Shown here one piece after another: positions 50,104 to 59,655 of a stretch of DNA of 64,000 nt. The notes below the pieces were generated by a model that searched no databases, had not been told where the DNA came from, and worked only from the letters and a program-made list of their open reading frames with translations. The translations under genes and the position numbers were made by a program. The DNA is taken from positions 2,656,001-2,720,000 of the forward strand of contig OZ251539.1 in assembly GCA_965243135.1 (NCBI GenBank), written 5' to 3'. Numbering within the stretch: position 1 is the first letter of the stretch; each line of letters begins with the position of its first letter. This stretch comes from Alphaproteobacteria bacterium. GTDB taxonomy: Bacteria > Pseudomonadota > Alphaproteobacteria > MPNO01 > UBA830.

Positions 50104-50927
50104 TCGGGGAAGGCCAGCTCCACGCCCAGTTCTTCCTTCGTCCGGCCGTTGCGGACCCGTCGATTGTCCGCCCAGAAGGTTCGCGCCCGGGGCGACAACT
50201 CCGCGTCGGAGAACGCGATCAGGGGCGGCGGCTCCACGCCGAGAAGTTCGCAGGCGTAAGCGACGACCTCCGCCGGCTCCGCCGGTTCGTCGTCGCAGAC
50301 GTTGTAGATGCCGCCCGCCTCCGGCCTCGCGATGGACGCCTCGAGCACCGTCGCGATATCCTCCACGTGTATGCGGGAAAAATAGTGCCCCGGCTTGTCG
50401 ATGCGCCGCGCCGTGCCGTCGCGGATCCGGTCGAAGGCGGACCGGCCGGGTCCGTAGATCCCCGCGAGGCGAAAGACCTGCACGGCTACGCCCCGTTCCT
50501 CGCCCCATTGCAGCCAGGCGCGTTCCGCCGCGACCCGCCTCGCGCTGCGCTCGCTGCCGGGGCGGGTTTCCGAGGTTTCGTCGACCCATCCGCCGCCCCG
50601 GTCGCCGTAGACTCCCGTGGTCGACAGATATCCCGCCCATTCGACGGTCCGCGGCAAATCCGCGGCGTGTCGCCGCAGGACCGGGTCCCCTTCCGCGTCG
50701 GGCGGAACGGACGACAGCAGATGCGTGGTCCCGGCGAGCGCTTGCGGGCGATCCATGGGCGCCGTCCCGTCGAACAGCGCCGCTTCCATGCCGAGGGCGC
50801 CGAGCGCGGCGCGCCTGCGGGCGCTCCGGCAGGTGCCGGAGATCCGCCACTTGCGGGCGTTCAGCCGGCGGCTCAACGCCATGGCGGCATAGCCGAGGCC
50901 GAAGCAGAACAGCTTCCGGCGCCGCAC
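50007..50927 (-). CDS. NAD-dependent epimerase/dehydratase (atypical SDR)
   Basis: FGLGY, YLSTTGVYGD, RLAGIYGPGR, RIHVEDI; start approximate. Confidence 0.88.
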   Translation of the reverse strand: MRRRKLFCFGLGYAAMALSRRLNARKWRISGTCRSARRRAALGALGMEAALFDGTAPMDRPQALAGTTHLLSSVPPDAEGDPVLRRHAADLPRTVEWAGYLSTTGVYGDRGGGWVDETSETRPGSERSARRVAAERAWLQWGEERGVAVQVFRLAGIYGPGRSAFDRIRDGTARRIDKPGHYFSRIHVEDIATVLEASIARPEAGGIYNVCDDEPAEPAEVVAYACELLGVEPPPLIAFSDAELSPRARTFWADNRRVRNGRTKEELGVELAFPDYRAGLRAIAGLPASSSTAPVRQPISPSRESR

Positions 50928-50956
50928 GGCCGCGGTTCCCGTCGCGGCGGACCGCC

Positions 50957-53272
50957 TTACGGCCGGGCGGCGCGGATCGCCTGCCACACTCTGAGGGGCG
51001 TAAGCGGCATTTCCGCGTCGGTCACGCCGAGCCCCGAGAGCGCGTCGACGACGGCGTTGACCACCGCCGCGGTCGCGCCGACCGTGCCGGATTCTCCGCC
51101 GCCCTTCACGCCGAGCGGATTGGTCCGGCAAGCCGCCGCGAAATCCCGCGTCTCGATCATCGGCAGGTCGTCGGCCCGCGGCATGCAGTAGTCCATGAAC
51201 GAGCCGGCGAGGAGCTGGCCTTCGGAATCGTAGGTCACGTCCTCCATGAGGGCCTGGCCGACTCCCTGCGCCACTCCGCCGTGAACCTGGCCGGCGAGCA
51301 GCAGAGGGTTGATCACCTCGCCGGAATCGTTGACCGCCACGTGGCGAATCAGTTCGACGGCGCCGGTGTCGGGGTCGATTTCCACTTCCGCGAAGTGGGT
51401 TCCGTTGGGCCAGTTGGGACCGCTCTCCGGCGTCCAGGCACCTTCCGCCGAAAGTCCGACGCCGAGCTCCGCCGGCCAGCCCATGGGCATGAAGGTCTGG
51501 GCCGCGAGTTCGCAGATGTGAATCGACCGGTCGGTGCCGGCGACCTTGAGCGCGCCTTCTTCGAACTCGATGTCTTCGGCGGCCGCCTCCAGCAGGTGGG
51601 CGGCGATCTTCTTCGCTTTTTCGACGATCGCGTCGGCCGCGGCCCGCAAGGCGGAACCGCCGATCGACATGGAGCGGGATCCGTAGGTGCCGCGTCCGAA
51701 GGTCACCGCGTCGGTGTCGCCCTGGACCAGGCGGACGCGGTCGAACGGGACGCCCAGCCATTCATGGATCATTTGCGCGTAGGAGGTCCGGTGGCCCTGC
51801 CCGTGGCTGAAGGTGCCGGCCGCGACGGTCACGCCGCCGGTCTCGTCGAAGCGGATCTCCATCCGGTCGTTGAAGGGCGCCGCGAAATCGATGAAGGAGC
51901 AGACGCCGAGGCCGCGAAGCCGGCCCCGCGCGGCGGCCTCCTCCCTGCGGGCGGCGAAGCCGGCCGCGTCCGCGACGCCGGCGGCGTGGGCGGCGAGCGC
52001 CGGAAAATCGCCCGAGTCGATCACGGTCGGCACCGGCGTCGCGTACGGCATCTTCTCCGGGGAGACGTAATTGCGCCTGCGCAGCTCGATCGGATCCGCG
52101 CCGAGCTCGTCGGCCGCCATGTCGAGCAGGCGTTCCACGACGTAGATCGCTTCGGGCCGCCCTGCGCCCCGATAGGGGCCGGTCCAGGCCGTATGGCTGA
52201 ACACCGCGCGGATGTGGACGTGCATCGCCTGAAAATCGTAGACGTTGGGATAGACCATGGCGCCGATGCAGGCGGACACCGGCGCCGATGCGGACAGATA
52301 CGCGCCGAGGCCGTAATCGGCGCGCACCCGCAGCCCGAGAATCCGCCCGTCGCCGTCGAGCGCCAGTTCGCCCAGACAGTCGGCGTCGCGTCCGTGGGTG
52401 TCGCTGACCAGCGATTCGGACCGGTCGGCCGTCCACTTGACCGGCCGCCGCAGCCGTCTTGCCGCCCAGGCGCACAGGGCGTCTTCGGGGAAGACGTTGT
52501 TCTTCATGCCGAAGCCGCCTCCCACGTCGGGGCAGACGATGCGAAACGAACCCGCCGGGACGCCGAAGATTTCCGCGAAGACGGGGCGGTGCTGGTGGGG
52601 TCCCTGGCTGGACATCCAGATCGTGAAGCTGTCCTGTCCGGGATGATATTCGGCGAGGGTCGCCCGCGGTTCCATCGCGTTGGCGGAGATGCGGTTGTTG
52701 CGCAGGCGCGCCTTGACGACGTGCCGGGCGGAAGCGAACGCGGCTTCCGCGGCGTCGCGGTCGCCGAGCTCCATGTCGAACCACAGATTGCCGGGCGCGT
52801 CGTCCCACACGAGGGGCGCGCCTTCGACCGCAGCGTCGCGCGTGGAGCCTGCCGCGGGCAGAATTTCGTAGTCGACTTCGATCGCCTCCGCGGCGTTCCG
52901 CGCCTGCGCCAGAGTCTCGGCGACGACGAAGGCGACCGGATCGCCCACGCACCGCACCCGGTCCCGGGCGAGGATCGGATGCGCCGGCGTGTAGGTCGCG
53001 GGGCCGCCGAAAGCCATCGGCGGCACGTGGCAACCGATGTCGCGGAGACCGTCGGCCTCGACGTCCCGGCCCGCGAGAACCGCGAGCGCGCCGGGCATGC
53101 GCGCGGCGGCGTCGGTGTCGACTCCGTTCACGCGGGCATGGGAATGGGGCGATCGCAAGACGTAGCCCACGGCCTGCCGCGGCAGGTCGATGTCGTCGAC
53201 GTAGCGGCCGCCGCCTCTCAGAAGCCGCGGATCCTCCGTTCTCGGAACGGGCTGGCCGATGCCGAATTTCAT
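50957..53272 (-). CDS. Xanthine dehydrogenase-family molybdopterin large subunit (form II CoxL-like)
   Basis: REDPRLL-like N-terminus, VGGGFG, YRGAGRPE, GQGHRT, GQVHGG, KGGGE. Confidence 0.9.
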   Translation of the reverse strand: MKFGIGQPVPRTEDPRLLRGGGRYVDDIDLPRQAVGYVLRSPHSHARVNGVDTDAAARMPGALAVLAGRDVEADGLRDIGCHVPPMAFGGPATYTPAHPILARDRVRCVGDPVAFVVAETLAQARNAAEAIEVDYEILPAAGSTRDAAVEGAPLVWDDAPGNLWFDMELGDRDAAEAAFASARHVVKARLRNNRISANAMEPRATLAEYHPGQDSFTIWMSSQGPHQHRPVFAEIFGVPAGSFRIVCPDVGGGFGMKNNVFPEDALCAWAARRLRRPVKWTADRSESLVSDTHGRDADCLGELALDGDGRILGLRVRADYGLGAYLSASAPVSACIGAMVYPNVYDFQAMHVHIRAVFSHTAWTGPYRGAGRPEAIYVVERLLDMAADELGADPIELRRRNYVSPEKMPYATPVPTVIDSGDFPALAAHAAGVADAAGFAARREEAAARGRLRGLGVCSFIDFAAPFNDRMEIRFDETGGVTVAAGTFSHGQGHRTSYAQMIHEWLGVPFDRVRLVQGDTDAVTFGRGTYGSRSMSIGGSALRAAADAIVEKAKKIAAHLLEAAAEDIEFEEGALKVAGTDRSIHICELAAQTFMPMGWPAELGVGLSAEGAWTPESGPNWPNGTHFAEVEIDPDTGAVELIRHVAVNDSGEVINPLLLAGQVHGGVAQGVGQALMEDVTYDSEGQLLAGSFMDYCMPRADDLPMIETRDFAAACRTNPLGVKGGGESGTVGATAAVVNAVVDALSGLGVTDAEMPLTPLRVWQAIRAARP

Positions 53273-53428
53273 GGACGCCTCCCCGGCGGGCAGTATTGCG
53301 GTTTCCGGATATTCGTTCATATATGCGGGCGTGTCGAGGGCGAGGCCGGCCGCGGAAACCCGGCGGCGCGCGGGGCGCCGGCTCCGTTCGCTGGACTTCG
53401 CCCGCCGCCCCGCCATATTGCGCACGCC

Positions 53429-54265
53429 ATGGAACTGCCTTTCAGAAAGATGCACGGGCTCGGAAACGACTTCGTGGTGATCGACGCGCGTCCGGGGGAG
53501 CCGTGGGCCGGATTCGCCGTCGATTCCGCCTGGGCGGCCGCCGTCGCCGATCGCCATACCGGCGTCGGATGCGATCAGCTGGTCGCGATGGAAGAATCAC
53601 CCGGCGGGCGCGAAGACGTCTTCATGCGAATCTGGAACGCCGACGGCGGCGAGGCGGGCGCCTGCGGCAACGCGGCCCGCTGCGTCGGGGCGCTGCTGAT
53701 GGACGAGCGGGGCGCCGACGCCGTCCGCATCCGGACCGTCGCCGGCGCGCTGTCGGTCGCGCGCGCCGCCCGCGGCATGGTCGCGGTCGACATGGGCGCG
53801 CCGCGATTCTCGTGGGACCGGATACCGCTGAGCGGGCGGGCCGACACCCTGCACCTGAACCTCGGGCGCGGCCCGCTTTCCGATCCGGCGGCGGCCAGCA
53901 TGGGCAATCCGCACGCGACCTTCTTCGTCGACGAGGTCGAAGCGATTCCGCTCGCCGAGATCGGGCCGGCGCTCGAGATCGATCCTCTTTTTCCCGAAGG
54001 CGCCAACATCGGCGTCGCCCGCATCGACGACGCCGACCGGATGCGCCTGCGGGTCTGGGAGCGCGGCGCCGGCGTCACGCTCGCTTGCGGCACGGCGGCC
54101 TGCGCCGCGGTCGCGAACGCCTGGCGCCGCGGCCTCGCCGGACGCGGCGTGACCGTCGCCATGGACGGAGGATCGCTGCGGATCGACTGGCGGGAGGACG
54201 ACCGGATCCTCATGACGGGGCCGGCGGAGACGAGCTTCCACGGACTGCTCGAGACGGGATCCTGA
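53429..54265 (+). CDS. dapF: Diaminopimelate epimerase
   Basis: KMHGLGNDF, ACGNAARC, MGNPH, WERGAG.TLACGT. Confidence 0.96.
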   Translation: MELPFRKMHGLGNDFVVIDARPGEPWAGFAVDSAWAAAVADRHTGVGCDQLVAMEESPGGREDVFMRIWNADGGEAGACGNAARCVGALLMDERGADAVRIRTVAGALSVARAARGMVAVDMGAPRFSWDRIPLSGRADTLHLNLGRGPLSDPAAASMGNPHATFFVDEVEAIPLAEIGPALEIDPLFPEGANIGVARIDDADRMRLRVWERGAGVTLACGTAACAAVANAWRRGLAGRGVTVAMDGGSLRIDWREDDRILMTGPAETSFHGLLETGS

Positions 54266-54267
54266 TC

Positions 54268-55518
54268 GTGGACGCTCCCCGGATTCTCACTTTCGGATGC
54301 CGGCTGAACAGCTTCGAATCCGAGGTCATGCGCGAGCAGGCGGCGGCCGCCGGCGTGTCGAACGCGATTATCGTCAACGGCTGCGCGGTCACCGCCGAGG
54401 CCGAGCGGCAGGTGCGGCAGGCGATCCGCCGCGCCAGGCGGCGGCATCCGGAGGCGCGCATCGTCGTCACCGGTTGCGGCGCTCAGATCGCTCCCGAAAA
54501 ATACGCCGCGATGGAGGAGGTCGACCGGGTGGCGGGCAACGCCGAGAAGGTCGATGCCGATTTCTGGGCGGGGTTGGCGGAGGCGCCGCGCGTGTCGGTC
54601 GGCGACATCATGGCCGCGCGCGAGACGGCGTCCCACATGGTCGCCGGCTTCGAAGGCAGGACGCGCGCTTTCGTCGAGATACAGCAGGGGTGCGATCACC
54701 GGTGCACTTTCTGCGTCATACCGTTCGGGCGCGGCGCGAGCCGCTCGTCGGCGCCGGGCGCGATCGTCGAGCAGGCGCGCCGCCTCGTCGCCGGAGGGTG
54801 CAGGGAAATCGTGCTGACCGGGGTCGACATAACGGATTACGGAAAGGACCTGCCGGGGGCGCCGACGCTGGGCGGGCTGGTTCGCCGGCTGCTGAAGCTG
54901 GTTCCCGGCCTGCCCCGGCTCAGGCTGAGCTCGATCGACCCGGCGGAGGCCGACGAGGACCTGTACGGCGCGATCGCTTCCGAACCCAGGTTGATGCCGC
55001 ATCTTCACCTGAGCGCGCAGTCGGGCGACGACACGATCCTGAAGCGCATGAAGCGTCGGCATCTCCGCGCGGACATCGAAAACTTCGTCGCGCGCGCGCG
55101 GCGCCTCCGTCCCGACTCGGCGTTCGGCGCCGATCTCATCGCGGGCTTTCCCACCGAGACCGAGGAAGCCTTTCGCAACACGCTGTCCCTGGTGGAGGAT
55201 TGCGAACTGACATGGCTGCACGTCTTTCCCTATTCCGAGCGTTCCGGGACGCCGGCGGCTCGAATGCCTCAGGTGCCGGGCGAGGCGAGGAAGGCGCGGG
55301 CGGCTCTTCTGCGGGCGGCCGGGGCGCGGCAGGCGCGGCGGTTTCTCGACGCACGCGTCGGCGGAACGGCCGACGTGCTGGTCGAGCGCGAGGGAGAAGG
55401 ACGCTCGCCCCAGTTCGCCGTCGTGCGGCTCGAGGACGGGGCGGCGGCCGGCGTCATCGTTTCGGCGCGCATGCTGCGGCGCGACGGCGAAACCCTGTTG
55501 GCCCGGAAGGCGGCATGA
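54268..55518 (+). CDS. mtaB: tRNA t6A37 methylthiotransferase
   Basis: FGCRLN, CAVT, GCDHRCTFC (radical SAM); dapF-mtaB-ftsY synteny. Confidence 0.92.
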   Translation: MDAPRILTFGCRLNSFESEVMREQAAAAGVSNAIIVNGCAVTAEAERQVRQAIRRARRRHPEARIVVTGCGAQIAPEKYAAMEEVDRVAGNAEKVDADFWAGLAEAPRVSVGDIMAARETASHMVAGFEGRTRAFVEIQQGCDHRCTFCVIPFGRGASRSSAPGAIVEQARRLVAGGCREIVLTGVDITDYGKDLPGAPTLGGLVRRLLKLVPGLPRLRLSSIDPAEADEDLYGAIASEPRLMPHLHLSAQSGDDTILKRMKRRHLRADIENFVARARRLRPDSAFGADLIAGFPTETEEAFRNTLSLVEDCELTWLHVFPYSERSGTPAARMPQVPGEARKARAALLRAAGARQARRFLDARVGGTADVLVEREGEGRSPQFAVVRLEDGAAAGVIVSARMLRRDGETLLARKAA

Positions 55519-56450
55519 GCGACCGGCAGAAGGGAAGATGGTTCTCCCGTCTCCGCGACGGGTTGCGGCGCTCGTCGTCCCGGCTGTCCGACGGCATCGG
55601 CGCCATTTTCGCCGGGGGCAGGCTCGACGCCTCGACGCTGGAGGAACTGGAAGAGTTGTTGATCGCATCCGATCTCGGCGTCGCGACCGCGGCCAGGCTT
55701 TCGGCGTCGTTGGCGAAAACGCGCTTCGACGGGGAGGTTTCCGCGGACGAGGTCCGCGAGGCGATGGCGGACGAAATCGCCCGGATCCTCGAGCCGGTCG
55801 CCGTGCCGCTGGCGGCCGACCCCGCTCATCGGCCGCACGTCGTTCTCGTCGCGGGGGTGAACGGTTCGGGCAAGACGACCACCATCGGCAAGCTCGGGAA
55901 GCGTTTCGCGGAAGAGGGCAAGTCGGTCATGTTCGCGGCCGGCGACACGTTCCGGGCAGCCGCGATCGAACAGCTCCGGATCTGGGGCGAGCGGGCGGGC
56001 GCCCCGGTCGTCGCGAGAGATCCCGGGTCCGACGCGGCGAGTCTCGCCTTCGAGGCGGTGGACGCCGCCCGCGAGGCGGGGAGCGACGTATTGATCGTCG
56101 ATACCGCGGGCCGGCTGCAGAACCGCGACGACCTTATGCAGCAGTTGCGGAAGATGGTGCGCGTGATCCGGAAGCAGGACGCGACGGCGCCCCACGATTG
56201 TCTGCTGGTGCTCGACGCCACGGTCGGACAGAACGCGCATTCGCAGGTGGAGACCTTCCGCGCTATGTGCGATCTAACGGGTCTCGTGGTGACCAAGCTG
56301 GACGGTTCCGCACGGGGGGGCGCGCTCGTGGCTTTGGCGGAGAAGTTCGGCCTGCCCGTCCACGCCGTCGGGGTGGGCGAAGGGGAGGACGATCTCCGGC
56401 CGTTCGAGGCCCGGGCGTTCGCGCGCAGCCTGATGGGAATCGCGGACTGA
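55515..56450 (+). CDS. ftsY: Signal recognition particle receptor
   Basis: GVNGSGKTTT, DTFRAAA, DTAGR, TKLDG. Confidence 0.96.
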   Translation: MSDRQKGRWFSRLRDGLRRSSSRLSDGIGAIFAGGRLDASTLEELEELLIASDLGVATAARLSASLAKTRFDGEVSADEVREAMADEIARILEPVAVPLAADPAHRPHVVLVAGVNGSGKTTTIGKLGKRFAEEGKSVMFAAGDTFRAAAIEQLRIWGERAGAPVVARDPGSDAASLAFEAVDAAREAGSDVLIVDTAGRLQNRDDLMQQLRKMVRVIRKQDATAPHDCLLVLDATVGQNAHSQVETFRAMCDLTGLVVTKLDGSARGGALVALAEKFGLPVHAVGVGEGEDDLRPFEARAFARSLMGIAD

Positions 56451-56897
56451 CGGCGTTCGGGGAGCGGCAAGAATTCGCGCCCTCGCAGTCGAACGGTCGA
56501 CAAGTATTTGATGGGAGACGACCAAGGACGTATGAATGCGAAGCGCTCCGGGCATACGGTTCATGGACATGAGGGCCAAGCCGTGGTGTCTGGCGCGCAA
56601 GGGAGGCGGGCACCACGGTGCGGTCGGTCGGCGACAATGAGGCGGACAATGAGCGGTTCGTCATGCGGACAATGATCGCTTGCCTTAAGGCTAGCGTTAC
56701 CTATAGGAAGTTCGACCGGGATGCGAACAATAGAAGGTGCCGCTACGCGCCCGGCGAGAAGCTCGCTTTGACATACGAGCCGTATTCAGTACGCTTGCGC
56801 TGCGTGTTGGCAGCGCTTCGCCTTCCGTCGACCGAAGCGCGGGCGACCCGGTCAATCGTCACGCACGGCTTCGGCATTGTGCGAAGAGGGCTCTAAC

Positions 56898-57590
56898 ATG
56901 CGGATCGAGCCGGAGATCGATGGGATTAATATCGTTTTGGTCGGCGATTTCAATCCGACTGTGTTCACGCCGGCGTGGTTCGCGCTGCATGAATTCCTGC
57001 CGAAGCCCGCCGCGGACGGCGCAAAGGTGGATACCATCCATCCGCAGTTAACGGTTTTTTCCTTCGATTGGCTCCGCTTGCAGGTCGGAACGGATCGCTT
57101 TGTCGCTGAAACCGTGCAGGCACCCTATATTCGTGTATGCGACTTCGTCGGGCGCGTATTTACGGAACGCCCGGGTCAATCGTCGCTCAGGGCACTCGGA
57201 ATCAACCGCGGCGTTCATTTTCGGGTGCGGGATCGCGCCGATATGGATCGCATCGGCAGAACTCTGGCGCCGGTGAAACCTTGGGGCTCTTGGGGACGAG
57301 GTCTCGAACCCGGCGGCGGGCATGGCGGCATGGCATCGCTTACAATGTCGCAAGTCAAAATCGAAGGAAGGCCATCCGACGACCGGATCAACGTTAGAGT
57401 GGAACCGTCTGATCTAATTACTGGTCAAGGACGCGCCGGGATTCGCGTGCATGTCAACGATCATTATACAACGAGCGATACGGGTCCTGGAGCCAGTGAA
57501 CGTTTGTTGACAATTATCAAGAGCGGTTTCGATGGCTCCTTGGCGCAAAGCGGCGAAATCGTCGATCATGTCATGTCCTTGGCAGAATGA
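56898..57590 (+). CDS. Hypothetical protein (possibly TIGR04255-like)
   Basis: IVLVGDFNPTVFTPAWF, ALGIN, VNDH; beta-rich; family label tentative. Confidence 0.65.
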   Translation: MRIEPEIDGINIVLVGDFNPTVFTPAWFALHEFLPKPAADGAKVDTIHPQLTVFSFDWLRLQVGTDRFVAETVQAPYIRVCDFVGRVFTERPGQSSLRALGINRGVHFRVRDRADMDRIGRTLAPVKPWGSWGRGLEPGGGHGGMASLTMSQVKIEGRPSDDRINVRVEPSDLITGQGRAGIRVHVNDHYTTSDTGPGASERLLTIIKSGFDGSLAQSGEIVDHVMSLAE

Positions 57591-57605
57591 CAGGAAATCC
57601 GGTCG

Positions 57606-58205
57606 ATGCATCAGGCAGATCTCTCCACCGCAATGTCGCAAGCCAATAGGTCCGAGACGCGCGATAGTTTCGACTCGGAAATCGCGCATGAGGATATCGT
57701 TCGGCGTGCGGTGGCAAGGTTCGATCTCGAGTTCAGGCGCGGGATCGACGCTACCCAGGGAACCAGCACGCACCAGGCCAACGCGAGTTCCCGATCGCCT
57801 GTTACCGACCGTAGGCAGGTCGACCTTTCCCGAATCGTGGATTTGCCGAGATTGCCGGTTCGGCGAATGCCCGCGACGCGGTTTCATGCCCTGCAGGAGT
57901 GGGAGGGCTATGTCGTCGAGATCGGCGGCAAGGAATTCACGGCGCGGCTGACCGACATCACGGCCGGAGCGTCGTATGAGCAGGAAGAAGCGATTATCCC
58001 CCTTTCGGAGGTCTCGGACGGCGATGCCGAGAAGATGCGCGAGGGGAGCGTCTTCCGCTGGGTGATCGGTTACGAACGCTCTGCCTCCGGAACCAAGAAG
58101 CGCGTTTCCCAGATCGTGTTTCGCGACCTTCCGGCGATCACCGAGGCCGACCTGCGAGCCGGCAAAGCGTGGGCACGGGAGACGATGCGGTCGTTCGGGT
58201 TGTGA
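57606..58205 (+). CDS. Hypothetical protein with a beta-barrel-like C-terminal domain
   Basis: LQEWEGYVVEI..FTARL..GSVFRWVIGY; GTGA overlap with the next gene. Confidence 0.7.
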   Translation: MHQADLSTAMSQANRSETRDSFDSEIAHEDIVRRAVARFDLEFRRGIDATQGTSTHQANASSRSPVTDRRQVDLSRIVDLPRLPVRRMPATRFHALQEWEGYVVEIGGKEFTARLTDITAGASYEQEEAIIPLSEVSDGDAEKMREGSVFRWVIGYERSASGTKKRVSQIVFRDLPAITEADLRAGKAWARETMRSFGL

Positions 58206-59277
58206 CGGCGGCGGAAACGCTTCCGGGACATGACGAGATCGAACTTGCGCTTTTCGGCCCGGGGTACGGCGAGAGCGTCGTCATGCATATCGGCGACGGT
58301 GAATGGGTGGTCGTCGACTCCCGCATCGACAAGGACGGCAGACCGAACGCTCTGACCTATCTGGAGAACCTCGGCCTCGATCCGGCCGAAGTTGTCGTTC
58401 TGATCGTGGCGACTCACTGGCACGACGACCATATCCGCGGGATGGAGCGCGTGGTCGAGGCACAGGGCCCGCTTTTGTTGCTCGGCTGCGCTAGGTCTCC
58501 AGGAATTTCTTTCCATTGTCGGCGCTCTCGAAGACCGCAGCTTTTCCGGTTTCGGTTCCGGGGTTCGGGAACTTCACGGCGTCTTCACCCGACTTCGCGG
58601 AGCGGCGTCGAGGCCGACGTTCGCCCTCGCCAACCAACGCGTTCCCATGCGCAACGAGTGCGAGATCTGGTCCCTCTCGCCCGACAGCGGAGTCTTCCAG
58701 AATTTCCTGAAATCTATCGACGGTCTCGTGCCCGGCACCGGTCAAACCAAGGCTCGACTTCCCGGCCCGACGCCCAACGAGGCGGCGGTCGCGCTCTGGG
58801 TCGAGGTCCAAGACATCGCGGTATTGCTTGGGGCGGACTTGGAGAAGTCGGGCTGGACAGTCATTTTGCGAAGCAAGGAGCGTCCTGTCGGCAAGGCGTC
58901 GGCGTTCAAGGTCCCGCATCACGGATCCGCGAACGCCGACGAACGGGAGGTATGGACGCGAATGTTGGAGTCGGCTCCCTTCGCCGTGCTTGCGCCTTGG
59001 CGCAGAGGCGGCCATGCCCTTCCGGGCGAGAACGACGCGCAGCGCATTCTTTCGCGCACAGGGAATGCCTACGCGACCGCGAAAGACAGCCGACGTGCGC
59101 CCAGGCGCCGGGAAAGAATGGTCGAGCGGAGCATCCGGGAGTCCGGCCTCCAACTTCGAGAGCTGGCGATGTCCCCCGGCTGGCTTAGGTTACGGCGGCC
59201 GCTCCACCCAAAGGCGCAATGGTACAGTCGAGAAGTTTGGGACCGCGTGCCATCTCAAGGACTTCGCTGCGCCGTAG
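58202..59277 (+). pseudogene. MBL-fold (ComEC/Rec2-like) metallohydrolase, frameshifted
   Basis: FGPGYGES, ATHWHDDH, then NEAA, LLGADLE and KVPHHGS in another frame; shifts near 58460-58490, 58630 and 59225. Confidence 0.8.
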
Positions 59278-59655
59278 CCGACCGCGACGGCGGGCGTCCG
59301 ACAAAGCCCGCGCAAGTCGGCCCGATCAAGCGCGGCCGCCGATCGTCGAACCCGAGTCCGAAAGCGCGAGGAGACTTCATTTCCGGCGACCATCGCACTT
59401 CCGAAGGAGCGCGGCGGCCGTTGACGCCCTCGCGGGCGGGTGCTGTCCTCGCAGCTGTCTACGGACGCGGAGGTTTCCGTTCGCGCTCTGGCTTCATGGG
59501 GAGCCCGCGGGTAATCAACGGAGAAGCGAAGTCGCGAAACAAGACCGGCAAAATCATCGGCCGCGCCCACGATTGCGGCGATTGCAAACGGTTTGCGCTT
59601 TCGCCGATATAGGGCGGCTCGACGCCGCTGTCATCACGAACAACGGAAACGCGAA

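Noticed and set aside
50957-53272. Aerobic CO dehydrogenase
   Set aside because: Lacks the form I AYxCSFR motif and cox accessory genes.
56460-56890. 92-aa ORF 56618-56896 as a fourth cassette gene
   Set aside because: No clear RBS or motif; cannot be distinguished from an eroded relic.
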